Part shown: positions 38,601 to 50,600 of the stretch, piece by piece
Layout: each line of letters opens with the position of its first letter
How positions within the stretch are numbered: position 1 is the stretch's first letter
Translations under genes and position numbers: made by a program
Notes under the pieces: model-generated
Told to the model about the DNA's origin: nothing
Databases searched by the model: none
What the model saw: only the letters and a program-made list of their open reading frames with translations
Source: Eledone cirrhosa
Lineage: Eukaryota
Assembly (NCBI GenBank): GCA_964016885.1
Contig: OZ024745.1
Coordinates: 3,224,001 to 3,288,000, forward strand
Length of the DNA stretch: 64,000 nt
Reading direction: 5' to 3'

Positions 38601-41600
38601 GTCTACCATCTCCCACCTGTCCTTTAGTCCACCTTCTCCCACCTGTCCTTTAGTCCACCTTCTCCCACCTGTCCTTTACTCCACCATCTCGCACCTGTCC
38701 TTTAGTCCACCATCTCCCACCTGTCCTTTAGTCCACCTTCTCCCACCTGTCCTGTAGTCCACCTTCTCCCACCTGTCCTTTAGTCCACCATCTCCCACCT
38801 GTCCTTTACTCCACCATCTCCCACCTGTCCTTTAGTCTACCATCTCCCACCTGTCCTTTAGTCCACCTTCTCCCACCTGTCCTTTAGTCCACCATCTCCC
38901 ACCTGTCCTTTAGTCCACCTTCTCCCACCTGTCCTTTACTCCACCTTCTCCCACCTGTCCTTTAGTTCACCTTCTCCCACCTGTCCTTTAGTCCACCTTC
39001 TCCCACCTGTCCTTTACTCCACCATCTCCCACCTGTCCTTTAGTCCACCATCTCCCACCTGTCCTTTAGTCCACCTTCTCCCACCTGTCCTTTAGTCTAC
39101 CATCTCCCACCTGTCCTTTAGTCCACCTTCTCCCACCTGTCCTTTAGTCCACCTTCTCCCACCTGTCCTTTAGTCCACCATCTCCCACCTGTCCTTTACT
39201 CCACCATCTCCCACCTGTCCTTTAGTCTACCATCTCCCACCTGTCCTTTAGTCCACCTTCTCCCACCTGTCCTTTAGGCCACCATCTCCCACCTGTCCTT
39301 TAGTCCACCTTCTCCCACCTGTCCTTATCTCCACCTTCTCCCACCTGTCCTTTAGTCCACCTTCTCCCACCTGTCCTTTAGTCCACCTTCTCCCACCTAT
39401 CCTTTAGTCTACCATCTCCCACCTGTCCTTTACTCCACCATCTCCCACCTGTCCTTTACTCAACCATCTCCCACCTGTCCTTTAGTCCACCATCTCCCAC
39501 CTGTCCTTTAGTCCACCTTCTCCCACCTGTCCTTTAGTCTACCATCTCCCACCTGTCCTTTAGTCCACCTTCTCCCACCTGTCCTTTAGTCCACCATCTC
39601 CCACCTGTCCTTTAGTCCACCTTCTCCCACCTGTCCTTTACTCCACCATCTCCCACCTGTTTTTTAGTCTACCATCTCCCACCTGTCCTTTAGTCCACCT
39701 TCTCCCACCTGTCCTTTAGTCTACCATCTCCCACCTGTCCTTTAGTCCACCTTCTCCCACCTGTCCTTTACTCCACCATCTCCCACCTGTCCTTTAGTCC
39801 ACCATATCCCACCTGTCCTTTAGTCCACCTTCTCCCACCTGTCCTTTAGTCTACCATCTCCCACCTGTCCTTTAGTCCACCTTCTCCCACCTGTCCTTTA
39901 GTCCACCTTCTCCCACCTGTCCTTTAGTCCACCATCTCCCACCTGTCCTTTAGTCCACCATCTCCCACCTGTCCTTTAGTCCACCATCTCGCACCTGTCC
40001 TTTAGTCCACCATCTCGCACCTGTCCTTTAGTCCACCTTCTCCCACCTGTCCTTTAGTCCACCTTCTCCCACCTGTCCTTTAGTCCACCTTCTCTCACCT
40101 GTCCTTTAGTCCACCTTCTCCCACCTGTCCTTTAGTCCACCTTCTCCCACCTGTCCTTTAGTCCACCTTCCCCCACCTGTCCTTTAGTCCACCATCTCCC
40201 ACCTGTCCTTTAGTCCACCTTCTCCCACCTGTCATTTAGTCCACCTTCTCCCACCTGTCCTTTAGTCCACCTTCTACCACCTGTCCTTTAGTCCACCTTC
40301 TCCCACCTGTCCTTTAGTCCACCATCTCCCACCTGTCCTTTAGTCCACCATCTCCCACCTGTCCTTTAGTCCACCATCTCGTACCTGTCCTTTAGTCCAC
40401 CTTCTCCCACCTGTCCTTTAGTCCACCTTCTCCCACCTGTCCTTTAGTCCACCTTCTCCCACCTGTCCTTTACTCCACCATCTCCCACCTGTCCTTTAGT
40501 CCACCATCTCCCACCTGTCCTTTAGTCCACCTTCTCCCACCCGTCCTTTAGTCTACCATCTCCCACCTGTCCTTTAGTCCACCTTCTCCCACCTGTCCTT
40601 TAGTCCACCATCTCCCACCTGTCCTTTAGTCCACCATCTCCCACCTGTCCTTTAGTCCACCATCTCGCACCTGTCCTTTAGTCCACCATCTCGCACCTGT
40701 CCTTTAGTCCACCTTCACCCACCTGTCCTTTAGTCCACCTTCTCCCACCTGTCCTTTAGTCCACCTTCTCCCACCTGTCCTTTAGTCCACCTTCTCCCAC
40801 CTGTCCTTTAGTCCACCTTCTCCCACCTGTCCTTTAGTCCACCTTCCCCCACCTGTCCTTTAGTCCACCATCTCCCACCTGTCCTTTAGTCCACCTTCTC
40901 GCACCTGTCCTTTAGTCAACCTTCTCCCACCTGTCATTTAGTCCACCATCTCCCACCTGTCCTTTAGTCCACCTTCTCCCACCTGTCATTTAGTCCACCA
41001 TCTCCCACCTGTCCTTTAGTCCACCATCTCGCACCTGTCCTTTAGTCCACCATCTCGCACCTGTCCTTTAGTCCACCTTCTCCCACCTGTCCTTTAGTCC
41101 ACCATCTCCCACCTGTCCTTTAGTCCACCATCTCCCACCTGTCCTTTAGTCCACCATCTCGCACCTGTCCTTTAGTCCACCATCTCCCACCTGTCCTTTA
41201 GTCCACCTTCTCCCACCTGTCCTTTAGTCCACCTTCTCCCATCTGTCCTTTAGTCCACCTTCTCCCACCTTTCCTTTAGTCCACCTTCTCCCACCTGTCC
41301 TTTAGTCCACCTTCTCCCTCCTGTCCTTTAGTCCACCATCTCGCACCTGTCCTTTAGTCAACCATCTCCCACCTGTCCTTTAGTCCACCTTCTCCCACCT
41401 GTAATTTAGTCCACCTTCTCCCACCTGTCCTTTAGTCCACCTTCTCCCACCTGTCCTTTAGTCTACCATCTCCCACCTGTCCTTTAGTCCACCTTCTCCC
41501 ACCTGTCCTTTAGTCCACCTTCTACCACCTGTCCTTTAGTCCCCCTTCTCCCACCTGTCCATTAGTCCACCATCAACCACCTGTCCTTTAGGCCACCATC

Positions 41601-44600
41601 TCCCACCTGTCCTTTAGTCCACCATCTCGCACCTGTCCTTTAGTCCACCATCTCGCACCTGTCCTTTAGTCCACCTTCTCCCACCTGTCCTTTAGTCCAC
41701 CATCTCCCACCTGTCCTTTAGTCCACCATCTCCCACCTGTCCTTTAGTCCACCATCTCCCACCTGTCCTTTAGTCCACCTTCTCCCACCTGTCCATTAGT
41801 CCACCATCAACCACCTGTCCTTTAGGCCACCATCTCCCACCTGTCCTTTAGTCCATCATCTCGCACCTGTCCTTTAGTCCACCATCTCCCACCTGTCCTT
41901 TAGTCCACCTTCTCCCACCTGTCCTTTAGTCCACCATCTCCCACCTGTCCTTTAGTCCACCATCTCCCACCTGTCCTTTAATCCACCTTCTCCCACCTGT
42001 CCTTTAGTCCACCATCTCCCACCTGTCCTTTAGTCCACCTTCTCCCATCTGTCCTTTAGTCCACCTTCTCCCACCTGTCCTTTAGTCCACCATCTCCCAC
42101 CTGTCCTTTAGTCCACCTTCTCCCACCTGTCCTTTAGTCCACCATCTCCCACCTGTCCTTTAGTCCACCTTCTCCCACCTGTCCTTTAGTCCACCTTCTC
42201 CCACCTGTCCTTTAGTCCACCATCTCCCACCTGTCCTTTAGTCCACCATCTCCCACCTGTCCTTTAGTCCACCATCTCGCACCTGTCCTTTAGTCCACCA
42301 TCTCCCACCTGTCCTTTAGTCCACCTTCTCCCACCTGTCCTTTAGTCCACCTTCTCCCACCTGTCCTTTAGTCCACCTTCTCCCACCTGTCCTTTAGTCC
42401 ACCATCTCCCACCTGTCCTTTAGTCCACCATCTCCCACCTGTCCTTTAGTCCACCATCTCGCACCTGTCCTTTAGTCCACCATCTCGCACCTGTCCTTTA
42501 GTCCACCTTCACCCACCTGTCCTTTAGTCCACCTTCTCCCACCTGTCCTTTAGTCCACCTTCTCCCACCTGTCCTTTAGTCCACCTTCTCCCACCTGTCC
42601 TTTAGTCCACCTTCTCCCACCTGTCCTTTAGTCCACCTTCCCCCACCTGTCCTTTAGTCCACCATCTCCCACCTGTCCTTTAGTCCACCTTCTCCCACCT
42701 GTCATTTAGTCCACCTTCTCCCACCTGTCCTTTAGTCCACCTTCTCCCACCTTTCCTTTAGTCCACCTTCTCCCACCTGTCCTTTAGTCCACCTTCTCCC
42801 TCCTGTCCTTTAGTCCACCATCTCGCACCTGTCCTTTAGTCCACCTTCTCCCACCTGTCCTTTAGTCCACCTTCTCCCACCTGTAATTTAGTCCACCTTC
42901 TCCCACCTGTCCTTTAGTCCACCTTCTCCCACCTGTCCTTTAGTCCACCTTCTCCCACCTGTCCTTTAGTCTACCTACCCCCACCTGTCCTTTAGTCCAC
43001 CATCACCCACCTGTCCTTTAGTCCACCTTCTCCCACCTGTCATTTAGTCCACCTTCTCCCACCTGTCCTTTAGTCCACCTTCTCCCACCTGTCCTTTAGT
43101 CTACCATCTCCCACCTGTCCTTTAGTCCACCTTCTCCCACCTGTCCTTTAGTCCACCTTCTACCACCTGTCCTTTAGTCCCCCTTCTCCCACCTGTCCAT
43201 TAGTCCACCATCTCCCACCTGTCCTTTAGGCCACCATCTCCCACCTGTCCTTTAGTCCACCATCTCGCACCTGTCCTTTAGTCCACCATCTCGCACCTGT
43301 CCTTTAGTCCACCTTCTCCCACCTGTCCTTTAGTCCACCATCTCCCACCTGTCCTTTAGTCCACCATCTCCCACCTGTCCTTTAGTCCACCATCTCGCAC
43401 CTGTCCTTTAGTCCACCATCTCCCACCTGTCCTTTAGTCCAACTTCTCCCACCTGTCCTTTAGTCCACCTTCTCCCACCTGTCCTTTAGTCCACCATCTC
43501 CCACCTGTCCTTTAGTCCACCTTCTCCCACCTGTCATTTAGTCCACCTTCTCCCACCTGTCCTTTAGTCCACCTTCTCCCACCTGTCCTTTAGTCCACCT
43601 TCTCCCACCTGTCCTTTAGTCCACCTTCCCCCACCTGTCCTTTAGTCCACCATCTCCCACCTGTCCTTTAGTCCACCTTCTCCCACCTGTCATTTAGTCC
43701 ACCTTCTCCCACCTGTCCTTTAGTCCACCTTCTCCCACCTTTCCTTTAGTCCACCTTCTCCCACCTGTCCTTTAGTCCACCTTCTCCCTCCTGTCCTTTA
43801 GTCCACCTTCTCCCACCTGTAATTTAGTCAACCATCTCCCACCTGTCCTTTAGTCCACCTTCTCCCACCTGTAATTTAGTCCACCTTCTCCCACCTGTCC
43901 TTTAGTCCACCTTCTCCCACCTGTCCTTTAGTCCACCTTCTCCCACCTGTCCTTTAGTCTACCTACCCCCACCTGTCCTTTAGTCCACCATCACCCACCT
44001 GTCCTTTAGTCCACCTTCTCCCACCTGTCATTTAGTCCACCTTCTCCCACCTGTCCTTTAGTCCACCTTCTCCCACCTGTCCTTTAGTCTACCATCTCCC
44101 ACCTGTCCTTTAGTCCACCTTCTCCCACCTGTCCTTTAGTCCACCTTCTACCACCTGTCCTTTAGTCCCCCTTCTCCCACCTGTCCATTAGTCCACCATC
44201 TCCCACCTGTCCTTTAGGCCACCATCTCCCACCTGTCCTTTAGTCCACCATCTCGCACCTGTCCTTTAGTCCACCATCTCGCACCTGTCCTTTAGTCCAC
44301 CTTCTCCCACCTGTCCTTTAGTCCACCATCTCCCACCTGTCCTTTAGTCCACCATCTCCCACCTGTCCTTTAGTCCACCATCTCGCACCTGTCCTTTAGT
44401 CCACCATCTCCCACCTGTCCTTTAGTCCAACTTCTCCCACCTGTCCTTTAGTCCACCTTCTCCCACCTGTCCTTTAGTCCACCATCTCCCACCTGTCCTT
44501 TAGTCCACCATCTCGCACCTGTCCTTTAGTCCACCATCTCCCACCTGTCCTTTAGTCCACCATCTCCCACCTGTCCTTTAGTCCACCATCTCGCACCTGT

Positions 44601-47600
44601 CCTTTAGTCCACCATCTCCCACCTGTCCTTTAGTCCAACTTCTCCCACCTGTCCTTTAGTCCACCTTCTCCCACCTGTCCTTTAGTCCACCATCTCCCAC
44701 CTGTCCTTTAGTCCACCATCTCCCACCTGTCCTTTAGTCCACCTTCTCCCACCTGTCCTTTAGTCCACCATCTCCCACCTGTCCTTTAGTCCACCTTCTC
44801 CCAACTGTCCTTTAGTCCACCTTCTCCCACCTGTCCTTTAGTCCACCTTCCCCCACCTGTCCTTTAGTCCACCATCTCCCACCTGTCCTTTAGTCCACCT
44901 TCTCCCACCTGTCATTTAGTCCACCTTCTCCCATCTGTCCTTTAGTCCACCTTCTCCCACCTTTCCTTTAGTCCACCTTCTCCCACCTGTCCTTTAGTCC
45001 ACCTTCTCCCTCCTGTCCTTTAGTCCACCATCTCGCACCTGTCCTTTAGTCAACCATCTCCCACCTGTCCTTTAGTCCACCTTCTCCCACCTGTAATTTA
45101 GTCCACCTTCTCCCACCTGTCCTTTAGTCCACCTTCTCCCACCTGTCCTTTAGTCCACCTTCTCCCACCTGTCCTTTAGTCTACCTACCCCCACCTGTCC
45201 TTTAGTCCACCATCACCCACCTGTCCTTTAGTCCACCTTCTCCCACCTGTCATTTAGTCCACCTTCTCCCACCTGTCCTTTAGTCCACCTTCTCCCACCT
45301 GTCCTTTAGTCTACCATCTCCCACCTGTCCTTTAGTCCACCTTCTCCCACCTGTCCTTTAGTCCACCTTCTACCACCTGTCCTTTAGTCCCCCTTCTCCC
45401 ACCTGTCCATTAGTCCACCATCTCCCACCTGTCCTTTAGGCCACCATCTCCCACCTGTCCTTTAGTCCACCATCTCGCACCTGTCCTTTAGTCCACCTTC
45501 TCCCACCTGTCCTTTAGTCCACCATCTCCCACCTGTCCTTTAGTCCACCATCTCCCACCTGTCCTTTAGTCCACCATCTCCCACCTGTCCTTTAGTCCAC
45601 CATCTCGCACCTGTCCTTTAGTCCACCTTCTCCCACCTGTCATTTAGTCCACCTTCTCCCACCTGTCCTTTAGTCCACCTTCTCCCACCTGTCCTTTAGT
45701 CTACCATCTCCCACCTGTCCTTTAGTCCACCTTCTCCCACCTGTCCTTTAGTCCACCTTCTACCACCTGTCCTTTAGTCCCCCTTCTCCCACCTGTCCAT
45801 TAGTCCACCTTTTCCCACCGGTCCTTTAGTCCACCATCTCGCACCTGTCCTTTAGTCCACCATCTCGCACCTGTCCTTTAGTCCACCTTCTCCCACCTGT
45901 CCTTTAGTCCACCATCTCCCACCTGTCCTTTAGTCCACCATCTCCCACCTGTCCTTTAGTCCACCATCTCCCACCTGTCCTTTAGTCCACCATCTCGCAC
46001 CTGTCCTTTAGTCCACCTTCTCCCACCTGTCCTTTAGTCCACCTTCTCCCACCTGTCCTTTAGTCCACCTTCTCCCACCTGTCCTTTAGTCCACCTTCCC
46101 CCACCTGTCCTTTAGTCCACCATCTCCCACCTGTCCTTTAGTCCACCTTCTCCCACCTGTCATTTAGTCCACCTTCTCCCACCTGTCCTTTAGTCCACCT
46201 TCTCCCACCTGTCCTTTAGTCCACCTTCTCCCACCTTTCCTTTAGTCCACCTTCTCCCACCTGTCCTTTAGTCCACCTTCCCCCACCTGTCCTTTAGTCC
46301 ACCATCTCCCACCTGTCCTTTAGTCCACCTTCTCCCACCTGTCATTTAGTCCACCTTCTCCCACCTGTCCTTTAGTCCACCTTCTCCCACCTGTCCTTTA
46401 GTCCACCTTCTCCCACCTTTCCTTTAGTCCACCATCTCGCACCTGTCCTTTAGTCCACCTTCACCCACCTGTCCTTTAGTCCACCTTCTCCCACCTGTCC
46501 TTTAGTCCACCTTCTCCCACCTGTCCTTTAGTCCACCTTCTCCCACCTGTCCTTTAGTCCACCATCTCCCACCTGTCCTTTAGTCCACCATCTCCCACCT
46601 GTCCTTTAGTCCACCATCTCGCACCTGTCCTTTAGTCCACCATCTCGCACCTGTCCTTTAGTCCACCTTCTCCCACCTGTCCTTTAGTCCACCATCTCCC
46701 ACCTGTCCTTTAGTCCACCATCTCCCACCTGTCCTTTAGTCCACCATCTCCCACCTGTCCTTTAGTCCACCATCTCGCACCTGTCCTTTAGTCCACCTTC
46801 TCCCACCTGTCCTTTAGTCCACCTTCTCCCACCTGTCCTTTAGTCCACCTTCTCCCACCTGTCCTTTAGTCCACCTTCCCCCACCTGTCCTTTAGTCCAC
46901 CATCTCCCACCTGTCCTTTAGTCCACCTTCTCCCACCTGTCATTTAGTCCACCTTCTCCCACCTGTCCTTTAGTCCACCTTCTCCCACCTGTCCTTTAGT
47001 CCACCTTCTCCCACCTTTCCTTTAGTCCACCTTCTCCCACCTGTCCTTTAGTCCACCTTCCCCCACCTGTCCTTTAGTCCACCATCTCCCACCTGTCCTT
47101 TAGTCCACCTTCTCCCACCTGTCATTTAGTCCACCTTCTCCCACCTGTCCTTTAGTCCACCTTCTCCCACCTGTCCTTTAGTCCACCTTCTCCCACCTTT
47201 CCTTTAGTCCACCATCTCGCACCTGTCCTTTAGTCCACCTTCACCCACCTGTCCTTTAGTCCACCTTCTCCCACCTGTCCTTTAGTCCACCTTCTCCCAC
47301 CTGTCCTTTAGTCCACCTTCTCCCACCTGTCCTTTAGTCCACCATCTCCCACCTGTCCTTTAGTCCACCATCTCCCACCTGTCCTTTAGTCCACCATCTC
47401 CCACCTGTCCTTTAGTCCACCTTCTCCCACCTGTCCTTTAGTCCACCTTCTCCCACCTTTCCTTTAGTCCACCATCTCCCACCTGTCCTTTACTCCACCA
47501 TCTCCCACCTGTCCTTTAGTCCACCTTCACCCACCTGTCCTTTAGTCCACCTTCTCCCACCTGTCCTTTAGTCCACCTTCTCCCACCTGTCCTTTAGTCC

Positions 47601-50600
47601 ACCTTCTCCCACCTGTCCTTTAGTCCACCTTCTCCCACCTGTCCTTTAGTCCACCATCTCCCACCTGTCCTTTAGTCCACCATCTCCCACCTGTCCTTTA
47701 GTCCACCATCTCCCACCTGTCCTTTAGTCCACCTTCTCCCACCTGTCCTTTAGTCCACCTTCTCCCACCTGTCCTTTAGTCCACCTTCTCCCACCTTTCC
47801 TTTAGTCCACCATCTCGCACCTGTCCTTTAGTCCACCTTCACCCACCTGTCCTTTAGTCCACCTTCTCCCACCTGTCCTTTAGTCCACCTTCTCCCACCT
47901 GTCCTTTAGTCCACCTTCTCCCACCTGTCCTTTAGTCCACCTTCTCCCACCTGTCCTTTAGTCCACCATCTCCCACCTGTCCTTTAGTCCACCATCTCCC
48001 ACCTGTCCTTTAGTCCACCATCTCCCACCTGTCCTTTAGTCCACCTTCTCCCACCTGTCCTTTAGTCCACCTTCTCCCACCTGTCCTTTAGTCCACCTTC
48101 TCCCACCTTTCCTTTAGTCCACCATCTCGCACCTGTCCTTTAGTCCACCTTCACCCACCTGTCCTTTAGTCCACCTTCTCCCACCTGTCCTTTAGTCCAC
48201 CTTCTCCCACCTGTCCTTTAGTCCACCTTCTCCCACCTGTCCTTTAGTCCACCTTCTCCCACCTGTCCTTTAGTCCACCATCTCCCACCTGTCCTTTAGT
48301 CCACCATCTCCCACCTGTCCTTTAGTCCACCATCTCCCACCTGTCCTTTAGTCCACCTTCTCCCACCTGTCCTTTAGTCCACCTTCTCCCACCTTTCCTT
48401 TAGTCCACCATCTCCCACCTGTCCTTTACTCCACCATCTCCCACCTGTCCTTTAGTCCACCTTCACCCACCTGTCCTTTAGTCCACCTTCTCCCACCTGT
48501 CCTTTAGTCCACCTTCTCCCACCTGTCCTTTAGTCCACCTTCTCCCACCTGTCCTTTAGTCCACCTTCTCCCACCTGTCCTTTAGTCCACCATCTCCCAC
48601 CTGTCCTTTAGTCCACCATCTCCCACCTGTCCTTTAGTCCACCATCTCCCACCTGTCCTTTAGTCCACCTTCTCCCACCTGTCATTTAGTCCACCTTCTC
48701 CCACCTGTCCTTTAGTCCACCTTCTCCCACCTGTCCTTTAGTCCACCTTCTCCCACCTTTCCTTTAGTCCACCATCTCGCACCTGTCCTTTAGTCCACCT
48801 TCACCCACCTGTCCTTTAGTCCACCTTCTCCCACCTGTCCTTTAGTCCACCTTCTCCCACCTGTCCTTTAGTCCACCTTCTCCCACCTGTCCTTTAGTCC
48901 ACCTTCTCCCACCTGTCATTTAGTCCACCTTCTCCCACCTGTCCTTTAGTCCACCTTCTCCCACCTTTCCTTTAGTCCACCTTCTCCCACCTGTCCTTTA
49001 GTCCACCTTCCCCCACCTGTCCTTTAGTCCACCATCTCCCACCTGTCCTTTAGTCCACCTTCTCCCACCTGTCATTTAGTCCACCTTCTCCCACCTGTCC
49101 TTTAGTCCACCTTCTCCCACCTTTCCTTTAGTCCACCTTCTCCCACCTGTCCTTTAGTCCACCTTCTCCCTCCTGTCCTTTAGTCCACCATCTCGCACCT
49201 GTCCTTTAGTCAACCATCTCCCACCTGTCCTTTAGTCCACCATCACCCACCTGTCCTTTAGTCCACCTTCTCCCACCTGTCCTTTAGTCCACCTTCTCCC
49301 ACCTGTCCTTTAGTCCACCTTCTCCCACCTGTCCTTTAGTCTACCTACCCCCACCTGTCCTTTAGTCCACCATCACCCACCTGTCCTTTAGTCCACCTTC
49401 TCCCACCTGTCATTTAGTCCACCTTCTCCCACCTGTCCTTTAGTCCACCTTCTCCCACCTGTCCTTTAGTCTACCATCTCCCACCTGTCCTTTAGTCCAC
49501 CTTCTCCCACCTGTCCTTTAGTCCACCTTCTACCACCTGTCCTTTAGTCCCCCTTCTCCCACCTGTCCATTAGTCCACCATCTCCCACCTGTCCTTTAGG
49601 CCACCATCTCCCACCTGTCCTTTAGTCCACCATCTCGCACCTGTCCTTTAGTCCACCTTCTCCCACCTGTCCTTTAGTCCACCATCTCCCACCTGTCCTT
49701 TAGTCCACCATCTCCCACCTGTCCTTTAGTCCACCATCTCGCACCTGTCCTTTAGTCCACCATCTCCCACCTGTCCTTTAGTCCAACTTCTCCCACCTGT
49801 CCTTTAGTCCACCATCTCCCACCTGTCCTTTAGTCCACCATCTCCCACCTGTCCTTTAGTCCACCTTCTCCCACCTGTCCTTTAGTCCACCATCTCCCAC
49901 CTGTCCTTTAGTCCACCTTCTCCCAACTGTCCTTTAGTCCACCTTCTCCCACCTGTCCTTTAGTCCACCTTCCCCCACCTGTCCTTTAGTCCACCATCTC
50001 CCACCTGTCCTTTAGTCCACCTTCTCCCACCTGTCATTTAGTCCACCTTCTCCCATCTGTCCTTTAGTCCACCTTCTCCCACCTTTCCTTTAGTCCACCT
50101 TCTCCCACCTGTCCTTTAGTCCACCTTCTCCCTCCTGTCCTTTAGTCCACCATCTCGCACCTGTCCTTTAGTCAACCATCTCCCACCTGTCCTTTAGTCC
50201 ACCTTCTCCCACCTGTAATTTAGTCCACCTTCTCCCACCTGTCCTTTAGTCCACCTTCTCCCACCTGTCCTTTAGTCCACCTTCTCCCACCTGTCCTTTA
50301 GTCTACCTACCCCCACCTGTCCTTTAGTCCACCATCACCCACCTGTCCTTTAGTCCACCTTCTCCCACCTGTCATTTAGTCCACCTTCTCCCACCTGTCC
50401 TTTAGTCCACCTTCTCCCACCTGTCCTTTAGTCTACCATCTCCCACCTGTCCTTTAGTCCACCTTCTCCCACCTGTCCTTTAGTCCACCTTCTACCACCT
50501 GTCCTTTAGTCCCCCTTCTCCCACCTGTCCATTAGTCCACCATCTCCCACCTGTCCTTTAGGCCACCATCTCCCACCTGTCCTTTAGTCCACCATCTCGC

